DNA from: Octopus sinensis | Lineage: Eukaryota | DNA: 64,000 nt | Assembly (NCBI RefSeq): GCF_006345805.1 | Contig: NC_043007.1 | Location: 34,348,001-34,412,000 of the forward strand | Direction of reading: 5' to 3' | Shown: piece by piece, positions 12,387 to 24,283 of the stretch | Numbering within the stretch: the stretch's first letter is position 1 | Layout of the letters: every line of letters begins with the position of its first letter | Program-made: the position numbers and the translations under genes | The notes under the pieces: model-generated | Told to the model about the DNA's origin: nothing | Seen by the model: the letters and a program-made list of their open reading frames with translations, nothing else | The model's database searches: none

Positions 12387-13074
12387 GTATGCACACATAC
12401 ATAATTGATTAATGGCTTCGATACTTATGAAATTATTGTAATTTTTCCCTCGGGTATAGAATCTATGTCTTGTGAATCGTGTCCTTTGCTATCCATGTTC
12501 AAACCACATAGTTATTATATTGCCTTTCACACGCACATTCACACCTGAGTTCATTGACCTCTGCGAATCCAATTATAAAACATACGTACATACATACATA
12601 CATACATACATAGATGCGTGCGCGTGTATATATGTGTATGAAGTGACGCATCTATTCGATAAATAATGAGGCATAAACTCGTAATCCCAAAGTGGTACCA
12701 GAACGAACTGTGTTTCAATAGCGTAGTGTGTATAGCAATCTTCATCAAATATGTTAGTTCTGAAATCTAATTTTGCTCTTTTCTTTTTTTATTAAGGTAT
12801 GATGAATGAACGGAAATAAATAAGTAATTATATATAAATGAGTAAATAAATAAATGAAAGTGTACCCAAACCACAGGAAGCAAAATTCCTTAGCGACACT
12901 AATAGAGAAGCGAAAATATTGAAACCGGTTGGAAGAAAAGAACAGCAACAGCAACAACGAGAACAACAACAACAATAACGAAATATAAAACAAAACAATA
13001 AGCTGAAACGGTTATAAAAATTGCAGGAAATGAATTAATATTAATTTACGTACCTAAGTACTTGTCTCCATGTT

Positions 13075-13086
13075 GATGTATGTATG

Positions 13087-13120
<34 letters not shown>

Positions 13121-13146
13121 TGTATGTATGTATGTATGTATGTATG

Positions 13147-13180
<34 letters not shown>

Positions 13181-13620
13181 GATAACAACAGATGGATAAT
13201 GTGCTAATCCACAACGGCTGTTTCCAACGAGTTTTTAATTGATTAATGGAGAAATTATATCATTAGAAAAAACGCTGTCATGAGGTTAATACATGTATGT
13301 ATGTGTGTATGTATGTGTGTATGTGTGTATGTATGTATGTATGTATGTATGTATGTATGTATGTATGTATGTATGTATGTATGTATGTATGGTTGTATGT
13401 ATGTATGTAAATAGATAACAACAGATGGATAATGTCTCAATCCACTACAGCTGTTTCCAACGAGTTTTTAATTGATTAATGGAGAAATAATATTAGGGAA
13501 AAAAAAACGTTATCAGGTGAATTCATGAATATAAGTATGTGTGTATGTATGTATGTATGTATGTATGTATGTATGTATGTATGTATGTATGTATGTATGT
13601 ATGTATGTATGTATGTATAG
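13075..13620. repeat. (TATG)n blocks separated by a duplicated ~85-bp spacer
   Basis: aaatagataacaacagatggataatgt...gtttccaacgagtttttaattgattaatggagaaa occurs at ~13175 and ~13407. Confidence 0.88.
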
Positions 13621-13878
13621 ATTTCATTCGAGTTTTAATCCTGGAGTTTGCTCTTTTAAGCTCATCTACCGGCGGAAGCTATCAGACACGACTTGAAATC
13701 AGAGGATTTTTTTACAGATTATATTCCTGAAAATCGATAGATATGCTTAGAATTTATATAATCATCAACAATGAGAGCGGAGTGAACATGCTGTTTTATT
13801 ACATAAATTTACGATCGTTTCATGAACGTTCGAACTAAAAAATATTGCTATATTAATATATAATTTAAGCAACTATAG
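13621..13878. repeat. ~255-bp dispersed repeat, copy 1 (copy 2 at 23980-24234)
   Basis: Aligns with high identity to 23980-24234; both copies follow (TATG)n. Confidence 0.88.
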
Positions 13879-14218
13879 GAAGGTGTATCATTATATTGAA
13901 GCAATCGAATGTCACCTTGTATTCTCACGAATTTGTACATAGAGGAAGTAGCTCTGTTTATGTGAATACATTTGCACATCACAAGTATGACAAAGAAAAA
14001 AATTTTGAATAAATACAGAATAAACCACAGTTTAAATTAACCGATCAATACATATGACGGCAAAGAAAATTAATATAAACATGGAACAAGAAAATAGTCA
14101 GCTCAGTATATACTATTGTTTTTTGTCGGCAGAAAATGGAGAAATCATTTGGATTTGTAAATATCTGTATTCTTCGATTATTATTTTATACGACAGATAT
14201 CTTCAGACGTAATATTGT

Positions 14219-14600
14219 GGAAGCACTCCGTCGGTTACGACAACGAGGGTTCTGGTTGATCCGAATCAACGGAACAGCCTGCTCGTGAAATTAACATGTA
14301 AGTGACTGAGCACTCCACAGACACGTGTACCCTTAACGTAGTTCTCGGGGATATTCAGCGTGACACAGAGAGTGACAAGGCCGGCCCTTTGAAATACAGG
14401 TACAACAGAAACAGGAAGTAAGAGTGAGAGAAAGTTGTGGTGAAAGAGTACAGCAGCGATCACCACAATCCCCTGCCGGAGCCTCGTGGAGCCTTAGGTG
14501 TTTTCGCTCAATAAACACTCACAACGCCCGGTCTGGGAATCGAAACTGCGATCCTATGACCGCGAGTCCGCTGCCCTAACCACTGGGCCATTGCGCCTCC
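14219..14600 (-). mobile_element. SINE family B, full length, with 11-bp TSD cgtaatattgt
   Basis: TSD at 14208-14218 and 14603-14613. Confidence 0.95.
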
Positions 14601-15006
14601 ACCGTAATATTGTAGGTCTGTAATGTAAAGGCAGCGCCCGAAATTTGTCAACAGAAAGACCAATTGTCAGTCACTACCAAATCCAGCGGCGAAACTGCCC
14701 CCTCCCCTCCAACACATACAGACGCCTAGGTACATACGGACACGGAAGACAGACAACGATAGATTTATTCAAGCGTCAAATAGCCAGCTCTGCTAACAAA
14801 AAGCCGGGGAAAAAAAGCAGTGAATGAAAGTTCTGTTCCTGCAGACTTGAATTATAATTCTCCAGTTGCAATATATATTATCGATGAAAATTACAATTTA
14901 AAATTTCTGATATATAAAAAGAAAAATTATAAATAAATAAATAAATAAAAATGCAATTCTCCATTTCTGCATTCATGGTAACTGACATAGTCAATTGTGA
15001 ATCAAT

Positions 15007-15052
<46 letters not shown>

Positions 15053-15237
15053 ACACACACACACACACACACAGCCATGCACACATACACGCACACACAC
15101 ACATATATATATACATATATACACACATTATATAAATGTATATGTATATATATATTCACACACACACACGCATATATATATATATATATTCGCCTCCCTT
15201 CTTCACTATTCATGGGTCAAAGGGGCACCCAACATTC

Positions 15238-15289
<52 letters not shown>

Positions 15290-17066
15290 ATTTATCAATC
15301 ACACACACGCATGCACGCTCGCTTACACCTATTGCTGTTCTGGAAACGTGAATCCTTATCCACATCTAAAGTTTGTCATCGAGATGATTTACTTCGCAGC
15401 GGAGGTCGTGTGGGAAAAAAAAAATCTTGTTTGAGGTAATAAAGTCCATCGTTGAGGACATATTTCGCTTTTTGCTGTAAAGTCCCGACCTAGCACCATC
15501 GAGGTGCTTGAGTGTGGCATTGAGCCTGGTCGGGTGATGGCGGGACGGAAAAATTAAGAGGCTTAATGCCTCGTATTGTGTATCAACATTAAAGTAAGAG
15601 GTTATTTTGTTTTGTGTTTTGAGTCTGTTGTTTGTAAGAGGCTCAGGGCCTTAACTGAGAATGAACTAAGGAACTAAAGTAAGGGGCTTAATACCTCGTA
15701 TTGTTTTTACTGTATAAAAAAAAAATATATATTTTAGAGAAGCAAAAAATCGACAGGTGTCTTTTGTCTTCTCCCATCAATATCATCCCTTTTCATCATT
15801 CATCTCATCAATGTTTTTGTTCAGCCCGCAAGCTACTCCCTCTGTGTCATGCTTTTATGGCAAAATTTTGAAATAATGTAGAATGAGTGATAGAGCGACT
15901 CCAGACATGGGGTTAGAAATAACCGAGTTGATAATTCAGAATGTTATAATAGTATAATTGGCACTATACTTTTTCTTGACAATGAACCACCGATTTATTT
16001 AGATTTCATTTCATACTGGAATTTTTATGGTATGCGAAAAAAAATGTAATAAATTAAAGAAATACTGAAATACTCTGTTTCATATTTTTTAACTTAAAAA
16101 TCTTGCACAAAACAGGTTTTATAAATCGATAATCATAACAATTAGTTACTCAGTAGGTTAGACTAAGAGACTTGAATAAAACTTTTCGATATTTATTCCA
16201 GTTTTATTCGCCCGACATTAACAAGCTCTGTCCTGCTGTGGTTAAGGTAATTTATCTCGTTTTAAAGAAAAAGAATAAAAACGAAGAATAACAAGAGGAA
16301 TGGCAATGTGTTCACCAAAGTATTTAAGTGGATACTCATAATGCAAACTCAAGGATAAGCGATCTCTATTAAAAACTATCAAATTATTTTACACTCTCAA
16401 ATTTGTCAAAATCTATAGCTGAAACAAGCAAACCAGCCAAGAACCGGTGAGGCCAGCGACAGTGCACGAACTCCGGGAGCTGTTTCTAGCAATTCTCTTC
16501 ACACTACAAAGCAGTCAAAGCAATTAAAAATGGATACACGGTTATTTTACAAATTCCCAAACATATTCTTGAAGATTCAGAGGAGAAACCTAAAGGTGAA
16601 CGAAAAGCAAAAAATTTATACCTCAAATCGGTAAGTTGAAACATGCTATTTTAACAGACGTTTAGGAAAAAATGCTGCAACAGTTTAACAAAACAACTTA
16701 GAAGGTTATCTTCTACTATCATCTTTACTTTAATTTGTTACAGAACTTCGAGAAAATTCAGATGACAGGATTGCACACTATTAATCAAAAAGAAAAGGAT
16801 TATGTGAAAATATCACCTCATGTTATTCTTGTGTTCTTAAACCATTGCTACAAAGAAATTTCAGAACAAACAAGTGGTATTGCTACTTTGAGAGGAAAAG
16901 ACGAATTTAGAATAAAAACCCTAAATTAACTCTACGACTGCTCGGTAACTCAGTTACACCAGAGCATTGATTGTAATAGGAGAGGCTCAATTCCTCTCCT
17001 CAGAATTGGTGAACAACTCTGACACGGTTGACGACAATATTAAACTTAAATTTTTATTTTCTACTG

Positions 17067-17369
17067 TTTTACTCTTTTACTCTTTTACTTCTTTCAGTCA
17101 TTTGACTGTGGCAAATCGACCCCAGGACTTATTCTTTGTAAGCCTAGTACTTATTCTATCGGTCTCTTTTGCCGAACCGCTAAGTTACGGGGACGTAAGC
17201 ACACCAGCAATCGGTTGTCAAGCGATGTTGGGGGTCAAACACAGACACACAAACATATAGACACACACACATACACATATATACATATATACGATGGGCT
17301 TCTTTCAGTTTCCGGGTTCAGTCCCACTGCGTGGTACCTTGGGCAAGTGTCTTCTACTATAGCCTCGGG
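17067..17369 (-). mobile_element. SINE family A, rearranged (head portion 17314-17369 inverted)
   Basis: Tail and body are on the minus strand, then gggttcagtcccactgcgtggtaccttgggcaag reads in plus orientation. Confidence 0.8.
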
Positions 17370-17415
17370 TATCATATTACCAAGATGATGTCGACCACAA
17401 TTTAGTAAATTTTGC

Positions 17416-17771
17416 ACTCTTTTACTTCTTTCAGTCATTTTTGTAAGCCTAGTACTTATTCCATCGGTCTTTTTTGCCGAACCGCTAGTTATGGGGACGT
17501 AAACACACCAGCATCGGTTGTCAAACGATGTTGGACGGGGGGGGGGACAAACACAGACACACGAACATATACACACATACATATATATATATATATATAC
17601 ATATATACGACAGGCTTCTTTCAGTTTCCGTCTACCAAATCCACTTACAAGGCTTTGCTCGGCCCGAGGCTATAGTAGAAGACACTTGCCCAAGATGCCA
17701 TGCAGTGGGACTGAACCCGGAACCATGTGGTTCGTAAGCAAGCTACTTACCACACAGCCACTCCTGCGCCT
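17416..17771 (-). mobile_element. SINE family A with internal deletion in the tail
   Basis: Ends accacacagccactcctgcgcc (reverse complement of the head). Confidence 0.88.
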
Positions 17772-18055
17772 TAACAAGTTCTAAATAAGAAGAGAACATG
17801 CCATCTAAAATACTCAGAAATTCATCAGCTTATTTATGAGCAACATGTAAGCGAAGTTACTTCTGTAGTTAAGATGTATTTGACAATTCCTAACACAAGC
17901 TGTGAAACAGAAAAGAGTTCCTCATTTATCCTTTATAAAGAACAAATTTCTGTCTATCAAGACTGAACACTGCTTAAATTCTTTATTCACAGTGTCTCTA
18001 GAAAATTATGTTGCACGGAAGCTAAAATGTGAGAGAAAAATTGTATAAATGTTAT

Positions 18056-18386
18056 ATAAGCGTAGGAGTGGCTGTGTGGTAAGTAGCTTGCTTACCGACC
18101 ACATCGTTCCGGGTTCAGTCCCACTGCGTGGTACCTTGGGCAAGTGTATTCTATTATAGCCTCGGGCCGACCAAAGCCTTGTAAGTGGATCTGGTAGACG
18201 GAAACTGAAAGAAGCCAATCGTATATATGTATATATGTGTATGTGTGTGTGTGTGTATATGTTTGTGTGTCTGTGTTTGGCCCCAAACATCGCTTGACAA
18301 CCGATGCTGGTGTGCTTACGTCCCCGTAACTTAGCGGTTCAGCAAAAGAGACCGATAGAATAAGTACTAGGCTTACAAAGAATAAG
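18056..18386 (+). mobile_element. SINE family A, 3'-truncated, fused to an inverted B2 SINE
   Basis: Head gcgtaggagtggctgtgtggtaag; stops at gcttacaaagaataag. Confidence 0.88.
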
Positions 18387-18586
18387 GTGAGCTGCAAGAT
18401 ACAGGAAGAAAGAGTGAGAGAAAGTTGTGGCGAAAGAGTCAGCAGAAGTTCGCCATTACCTACTGCCGGAGCCGCATAGAGGTTAGGTGTTTCGCTCATA
18501 AACACACACATCACCCGGTCTGAGATTCGAACTCGCGATCCCTCGACCGCGAGTCCGCTGCTCTAACCACTAGGCCATGAGCCACC
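18387..18586 (-). mobile_element. SINE family B2, 5' part
   Basis: Reverse complement matches the first ~200 bp of 47125-47423 and 60239-60537. Confidence 0.88.
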
Positions 18587-18599
18587 ACATAAGTTATAT

Positions 18600-18637
<38 letters not shown>

Positions 18638-18797
18638 TTCAAATAAGATAAGAAAAGAAATGGAGCAACATGTAATAATTACAAATTGATCATTAGTATT
18701 GAATGATCATAGTTTAATTCTGGTTAAGATAACATTTACATTTGTTTCAGTTTGTTATTTTTTAGGTAAACTTGCATTTACGATAATAATAGTAATT
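18638..18797. repeat. Left half of a ~490-bp direct repeat (probable PLE 3' UTR/pseudo-LTR), split by the Dong LINE; right half 23058-23290
   Basis: Matches 25156-25315. Confidence 0.8.
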
Positions 18798-18850
18798 ATG
18801 ATGATAATAATGATAATAATAATAATATAATAATAATAATAATAATAATA

Positions 18851-18892
<42 letters not shown>

Positions 18893-18918
18893 TGATGAAT
18901 AATAATAATAGTAATATC

Positions 18919-18990
<72 letters not shown>

Positions 18991-21900
18991 GGAGAACACC
19001 GGGGGACTTTTAAGATGTAAGAAGGAAAATTCAGAGCTCCGAAACCTATCCACAAACATCGAAAACAAGGACATCCTATGGAGCCAAAGTTTTACTAACA
19101 AAGAATTGGACTGTATCCGAGTAAGTAATACAAACTGAAATTTATTACTATTTTCGAAACGAAATGATGTATTTTGACTCGATATCATCTCCACCTCTAA
19201 CGCAACACATGTAAACATGCGTGAAACATCACGATCATCTCTGACCCCAAACACCATGTACAAAGGAACTACGAAGAAATTAAATGCCACCGATACTATT
19301 CAACCCAAGAATAACAATCGAGCGGTACGTACATTAAACCTACAACAAAAAATGTACGAAAAACTACACGTGCGAAATAATGTGACAACAGAAATAAACG
19401 GACCGGTACCCTACGAAAATGACGACCGTCAAAATAATGGGCCGGACGTTGTACCTCATGTCCCGCAAATAAAACCCAAAAGACGTAAATGGACACGTGA
19501 GGAATACATTTCTATCTTACACGCATACTTCACAGCAGTACTCTACCCAAAAATGAAAATACAACAACACATACATATAAAATATGGAAGGAAAATAATA
19601 GAGATTTAGACTTGGATACAGCAATGAATCCTAATAAATTAGCTAACGTACGAAGATACATTCTCAACACAAAAAAAATATCAGAAATAGAAATAGAACA
19701 CCTAAAAGAAAACATACACCAGGAAAATGTAGATAGAAGCCACACACAATGCCCAATAATATAAACACTGAAACTGTAAAACACGAAGACAAACGCACAT
19801 TCCCAACAAACACGATGTAAACAACGAAGGGGAGCCTAATGATTATGATAATATAAAATAAAAATAATCAAAGAACTAAAAACCACAGAGCTCAAAATGG
19901 ACCACCGACCATACCTCCCAAGAATAAAAATAAACGCAATAACAACACCAATTATAAACAACATAAACCTAGCCGTCACTGAACTAGCCACTGAAACAAA
20001 AAAAAGTGATATCACTGAACTAAATGACTTGATATACGCAGCAGCCACTGCAGCCACAAAAGAAGCTGGATACTCACCCAAACCCGCCCGAACAGGAGTA
20101 CCACCACCCAAACAAACCCTGTGGATAAATAACATCCAAAACAAAATAAAAAAAATTAGAAAAGACCTGTCGATTCTTAATGAAATCAGCAAACAAGCAA
20201 CGCTACTGAGCAACAAAAAGAGAACAAAAATGCTCCGCAAATATAACACCACAGAAAAAGATTTGCCGGAGATAAAAGAAAAGCTGAAGCAAGATATCCT
20301 TGCCAAAGCTCAAAGGATCCGCCGATACGAGAAACGCCAACGCTTCTTGAACAAACAAAAAGTTCAACTCCGACCCCAAAAGTTCTACCAAGACTGGGCA
20401 AAAATAAAATAGAAGTCACTGCAGCACACCACGGCAGAAGAATTGGAAGAATTCTGGGAGAAATATGGTCGGCGAACGAACCACCAAAAAAAGGAGTATC
20501 AAAATAACAAAACTCGGCATCTGAACAAACTTGGACCCCCATAACAACTGAAGAGGTCACCAGGCACTGCAAAAACTAAGCAACTGGAAGGCACCTGGGC
20601 ATGACAAGATCCCCAACTTCTGGTTGAAATATCTAACAGGAATGCACAAAAAGCTGGCTGAAAACTTTAACAACGTACTAGCAGAGCCAGAGACATGCCT
20701 GAATGGCTCACGAAGGGGAAAACCATCTTAATTCCCAAATCAAATGAAACAGAAAAACCAGAAACTACAGACCAATAACCTGCCTCCCTACTATGTTCAA
20801 GGCATTTACTGCAGTGATATCACAAAGGCTGAACAAGCACCTGGACGAAAACAACTGTTCCCAGAAGAGCAGAAAGGATGCCGCAAAGGCTCATATGGCT
20901 GTAAAGATCAACTAATGATTAATAAAGCCATAACTGAAGACAGCCACAGAAAGAAGAAAGGCCTCAGTATGGCCTGGATTGACTACAAAAAGGCGTTTGA
21001 TAGCATCCCCCACACATGGATCCTCGAAACACTAGCCATTAACAAAGTAGCACCAACAATCATAAAATTCATAGAGCACTCTATGAATAAATGGCAAACA
21101 GTCCTACACCTCCAAACAAAAGAGGGACTCATGAAAACCAAAGACATCCCCATTAGAAGAGGAATATTCCAGGGAGATACGCTCTCTCCACTCCTTTTCT
21201 GCTTGGCACTGTCACCTCTATCTAATATGCTAAATAGAACTGGATGCGGATATAAATGTTACGGCAAAACGATCAGCCACCTTTTATATATGGATGACCT
21301 AAAACTATACGCTGCAAATGACAAACAGCTGGAAACACTATTAAAGACAGTTCATGGATTTACCAAAGAAATAGATATGAAATTTGGATTAGAAAAATGC
21401 GCCAAAGTAACCGTGAAAAGAGGAAAACTAGTTAAGAGTAACAACATCACACTAGATGAAGCAAATGAAATAAAAGAATTAGACCAAAGCCAAACTTACA
21501 AATACTTAGGAATCCATGAACTAGATAAGACACAACACACACAAATGAAGAGAAAATAAAAAAGAATATTATAGACGAGTTAGATCAATACTAAACACAG
21601 AGCTCAATGCTAAAAACAAGATAATAGGTATCAACACTTTAGCTGTCCCAGTTATAAGTTACAGCTACAATATCCTTAACTGGACACGAAATGAACTGAC
21701 CAAAAGACAGGAAAACAAGAAAAATAATGACAGGATCTAGGATGCATCACCCAAAATCTGACATAGAAAGACTATATATACAACGTATAGAAGGTGGTAG
21801 AGGCCTTATACAGCTGGAAAACTACTATAAAATAACCACCATAGGACTGCAAAAATATCTACTTCAGAAGGAAGGAAAACTGATCCAGATAGCGGCAAAA

Positions 21901-22931
21901 CACGAGCAAAACAAAAAACTGTTCTCAGTATTTAAGGAAGCTGACAAATACAAACAAGAAATCATACCACCTAATAAACATGAAGAAGAAGAAGAAATGA
22001 AGAAACAACAAAAGCTATAAAAAAAATGAAATCCAAACTAAAATAGAACAGCAACGAACCATGATAAAACGATGGCAAGAAAAGCCCCTTCATGGTAAAT
22101 ACTGGACTAAACTAAACGCAAGAAATAGACAAAGAAAAATCCCAGCAATGGTTGAGAAGCTCAGGACTCAAAGCAGAAACAGAGGGATTTTTAATTGCAG
22201 CACAAGACCAAAGCCTCCCCACCAGAAATTACCAAAAGCATGTAATGAAAAGAAATATTACAAGTAACTGCAGAATATGTGGAGATGACAAGAAACAATA
22301 AATCATATTATCTCTAGCTGCCCAGTCCTGGCTAAGAAGAATATATTCACAGACATGACAGAGTTGGAACTTACATACATTGGAAGCTATGCCAACATTA
22401 TGGAATAACAACAGAAAAAAGATGGTATAGGCACACACCAGAAAGGTCACAGAAAACGAGAAAGCAACCATACTCTGGGATATGCCGATACACACAGATA
22501 GAGAATTAAGGCCAACAGACCAGATATAGTTGTCAGAGACCATGAAAAAAAAAATGCTTTCTAATTGATGTATCAGTACCGGCAGATGACAACGTGTCTC
22601 TAAAAGAAATGAGAAACTCTCAAAATACAAAGACCTGGAAATAGAGGTAACTAGAATGTGGAATCTGAAAACAGAACAATTCCTATCATAGTAGGTGCAT
22701 TAGGCATGATAAAAAAATATTCAGACAAATACATAACAAAAACACCAGGACTTACAAACACATATAACATACAGAAAATTGCACTACTAGGCACTGCACA
22801 CATCCTACGCAGAACACTTTCCATACAATAACCATCAGAGCATCACAACAAATCACAGCACATACCCAAGGCACACAGAGCTGCGCTCGGTAGTGAAGTG
22901 AAAGCACGCTATAAAAATAAAAATAAAACTA

Positions 22932-22935
<4 letters not shown>
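18991..22935 (+). mobile_element. Near-full-length R4/Dong-clade non-LTR retrotransposon (single ORF: N-terminal domain, RT, CCHC, REL endonuclease), frameshifted in this sequence
   Basis: N-terminal RRKWTREEY..LHAYF motif; RT motifs EEQKGCRKG..GCKDQL, MAWIDYKKAFDSIPH, RGIFQGDTLSPLLF, HLLYMDDLKLY (YMDD ~21287); CRICG..HIISSC at ~22268; REL RPDIVVRD..IDVSVP..K..KYKDLE; (TAA)n on both flanks. Confidence 0.95.
20744..21559 (+). pseudogene. Reverse transcriptase domain of the R4/Dong LINE (longest open stretch)
   Basis: ORF track 271 aa with QGDTLSP and YMDD motifs. Confidence 0.93.
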
Positions 22936-22972
<37 letters not shown>

Positions 22973-23057
22973 TAATAATAATGACGACGACGATGATGAT
23001 GATGATAATAATAATAATAATAATAATAATCATAATAATAATAATAATAATAATAAT

Positions 23058-23290
23058 AGTCAAGACGAAGAGCCCGATTCGATTGTAAGATGTTTTATTA
23101 GTTGAACGATATTAGTTGAACTTGACAAAAACAGTACGCCTGTTTTTGTCTAATTCAAAATAAGAAGTGATAAAAATTCAAAATTACAGAAATTCAAACG
23201 TAAAGTATGAACGAGAGCAACCAGCGCCCACACGTTGATGGACTGACATCATCAGTTTTTAAGTTACAATTTTATAACAGGAGAAAAGAA
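23058..23290. repeat. Right half of the ~490-bp direct repeat
   Basis: Matches 25425-25646. Confidence 0.82.
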
Positions 23291-23340
23291 AAAGACAGAA
23301 AAAAGAAGACGACAGAAAAAGGAAAGAGAAAGAAGAATAT

Positions 23341-23895
23341 TTAATCAAACAGTTTTGCATAAATTTGATTCATTCCTCCAGGGCGACATGTTAATAACCC
23401 GCAAACATATTTCTCCTGATACATTCTGAGAAGTGAAAGTGAAGCAGATTCAAAATATTTTCTGAGAATATGCATTTTCAAGTCTTCTCCAAAATTGCAG
23501 CCGCTTGAAACGAAATGTTCAGCAACTTCTGTCGAACTATTGTTATTGTGCCTGACATCAAATCTCTACCCATTAAATCTTTTGTTTAATTGTTCTTTTG
23601 TGCAACCAACATAAATTAAGTTGTGTTTCGTGCATTCTGCAGCGTACACCAAAATGGGAATCTTTACATGTTCCACCTTCTGTATAAATCGTAACTTTTC
23701 TGTTATGATTTCTGATGGAATTCACTTCACTCATGTTGTTGCACAGTGAACAAGGCTTACGTCTCTTGTGGCTGTTCTTTAAGGTACTGCGTGCAGATAC
23801 TCCAATGTTCGTTTTCTTGGAGTCAGATATAGAGGTCACTAATTCTCTTATATTCTTATTCCGTCTAAAGGCTACAATTTTTTCTGTCTATTTTT
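23341..23895 (-). mobile_element. Penelope-like element (Neptune-type) C-terminal GIY-YIG endonuclease relic
   Basis: Manual minus-strand translation with one frameshift: KIVAFRRNKNIRELV...PCSLC...GTCKD / VYAAECTKHNLIYVGCTKEQLNKRFNG*R...VAEHF...DLKMHIL...RPGGMN. Confidence 0.85.
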
Positions 23896-23979
23896 CTATC
23901 TTTTTCTTTTAAAATATAAAAATCAAGTAGATTGAGATGATTGATTAATGTATGTATGTATGTATGTATGTATGTATGT

Positions 23980-24234
23980 ATTTCATTCGGGTGTTAACCT
24001 TGGAGTTTGCTCTTTTAAGCTCATCTACCGGCGGAAGCTACCAGACACGACTTAAAATCGGAGGATTTTTTTTACAGATTTCCCGAAAATCGATAGATAT
24101 GCTTAGAATTTATATAATCATCAACAATGAGAGCGGAGTGAACATATTGTTTTATTACATAAATTTACGATCGTTTCATGAACGTTCGAACTCAAAAATA
24201 TTGCTATATTAATATATAATTTAAGCAACTATAG
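23980..24234. repeat. ~255-bp dispersed repeat, copy 2, directly upstream of the 2A/PLE ORF relic
   Basis: Matches 13621-13878. Confidence 0.88.
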
Positions 24235-24283
24235 AATAAGAATTGGAACATACAGAAATTCTGGAAGTTACCAAAGCAGCCGG

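Noticed and set aside
16735-16929. Possible host exon after the ttgttacag acceptor, with a Cys-containing frame
   Set aside because: Stops in the relevant frames, no recognisable domain and no partner exons
18991-19120. HDV-like ribozyme at the 5' end of the Dong LINE, expected from R2/R4 biology
   Set aside because: A P1-P4 double pseudoknot could not be built by eye; this needs an RNAMotif/Infernal search
23230-23260. Minus-strand CTGATGA in the 490-bp repeat (also ~25590-25615)
   Set aside because: GAAA is absent (CAAC/AAC instead) and stem I does not pair in either copy
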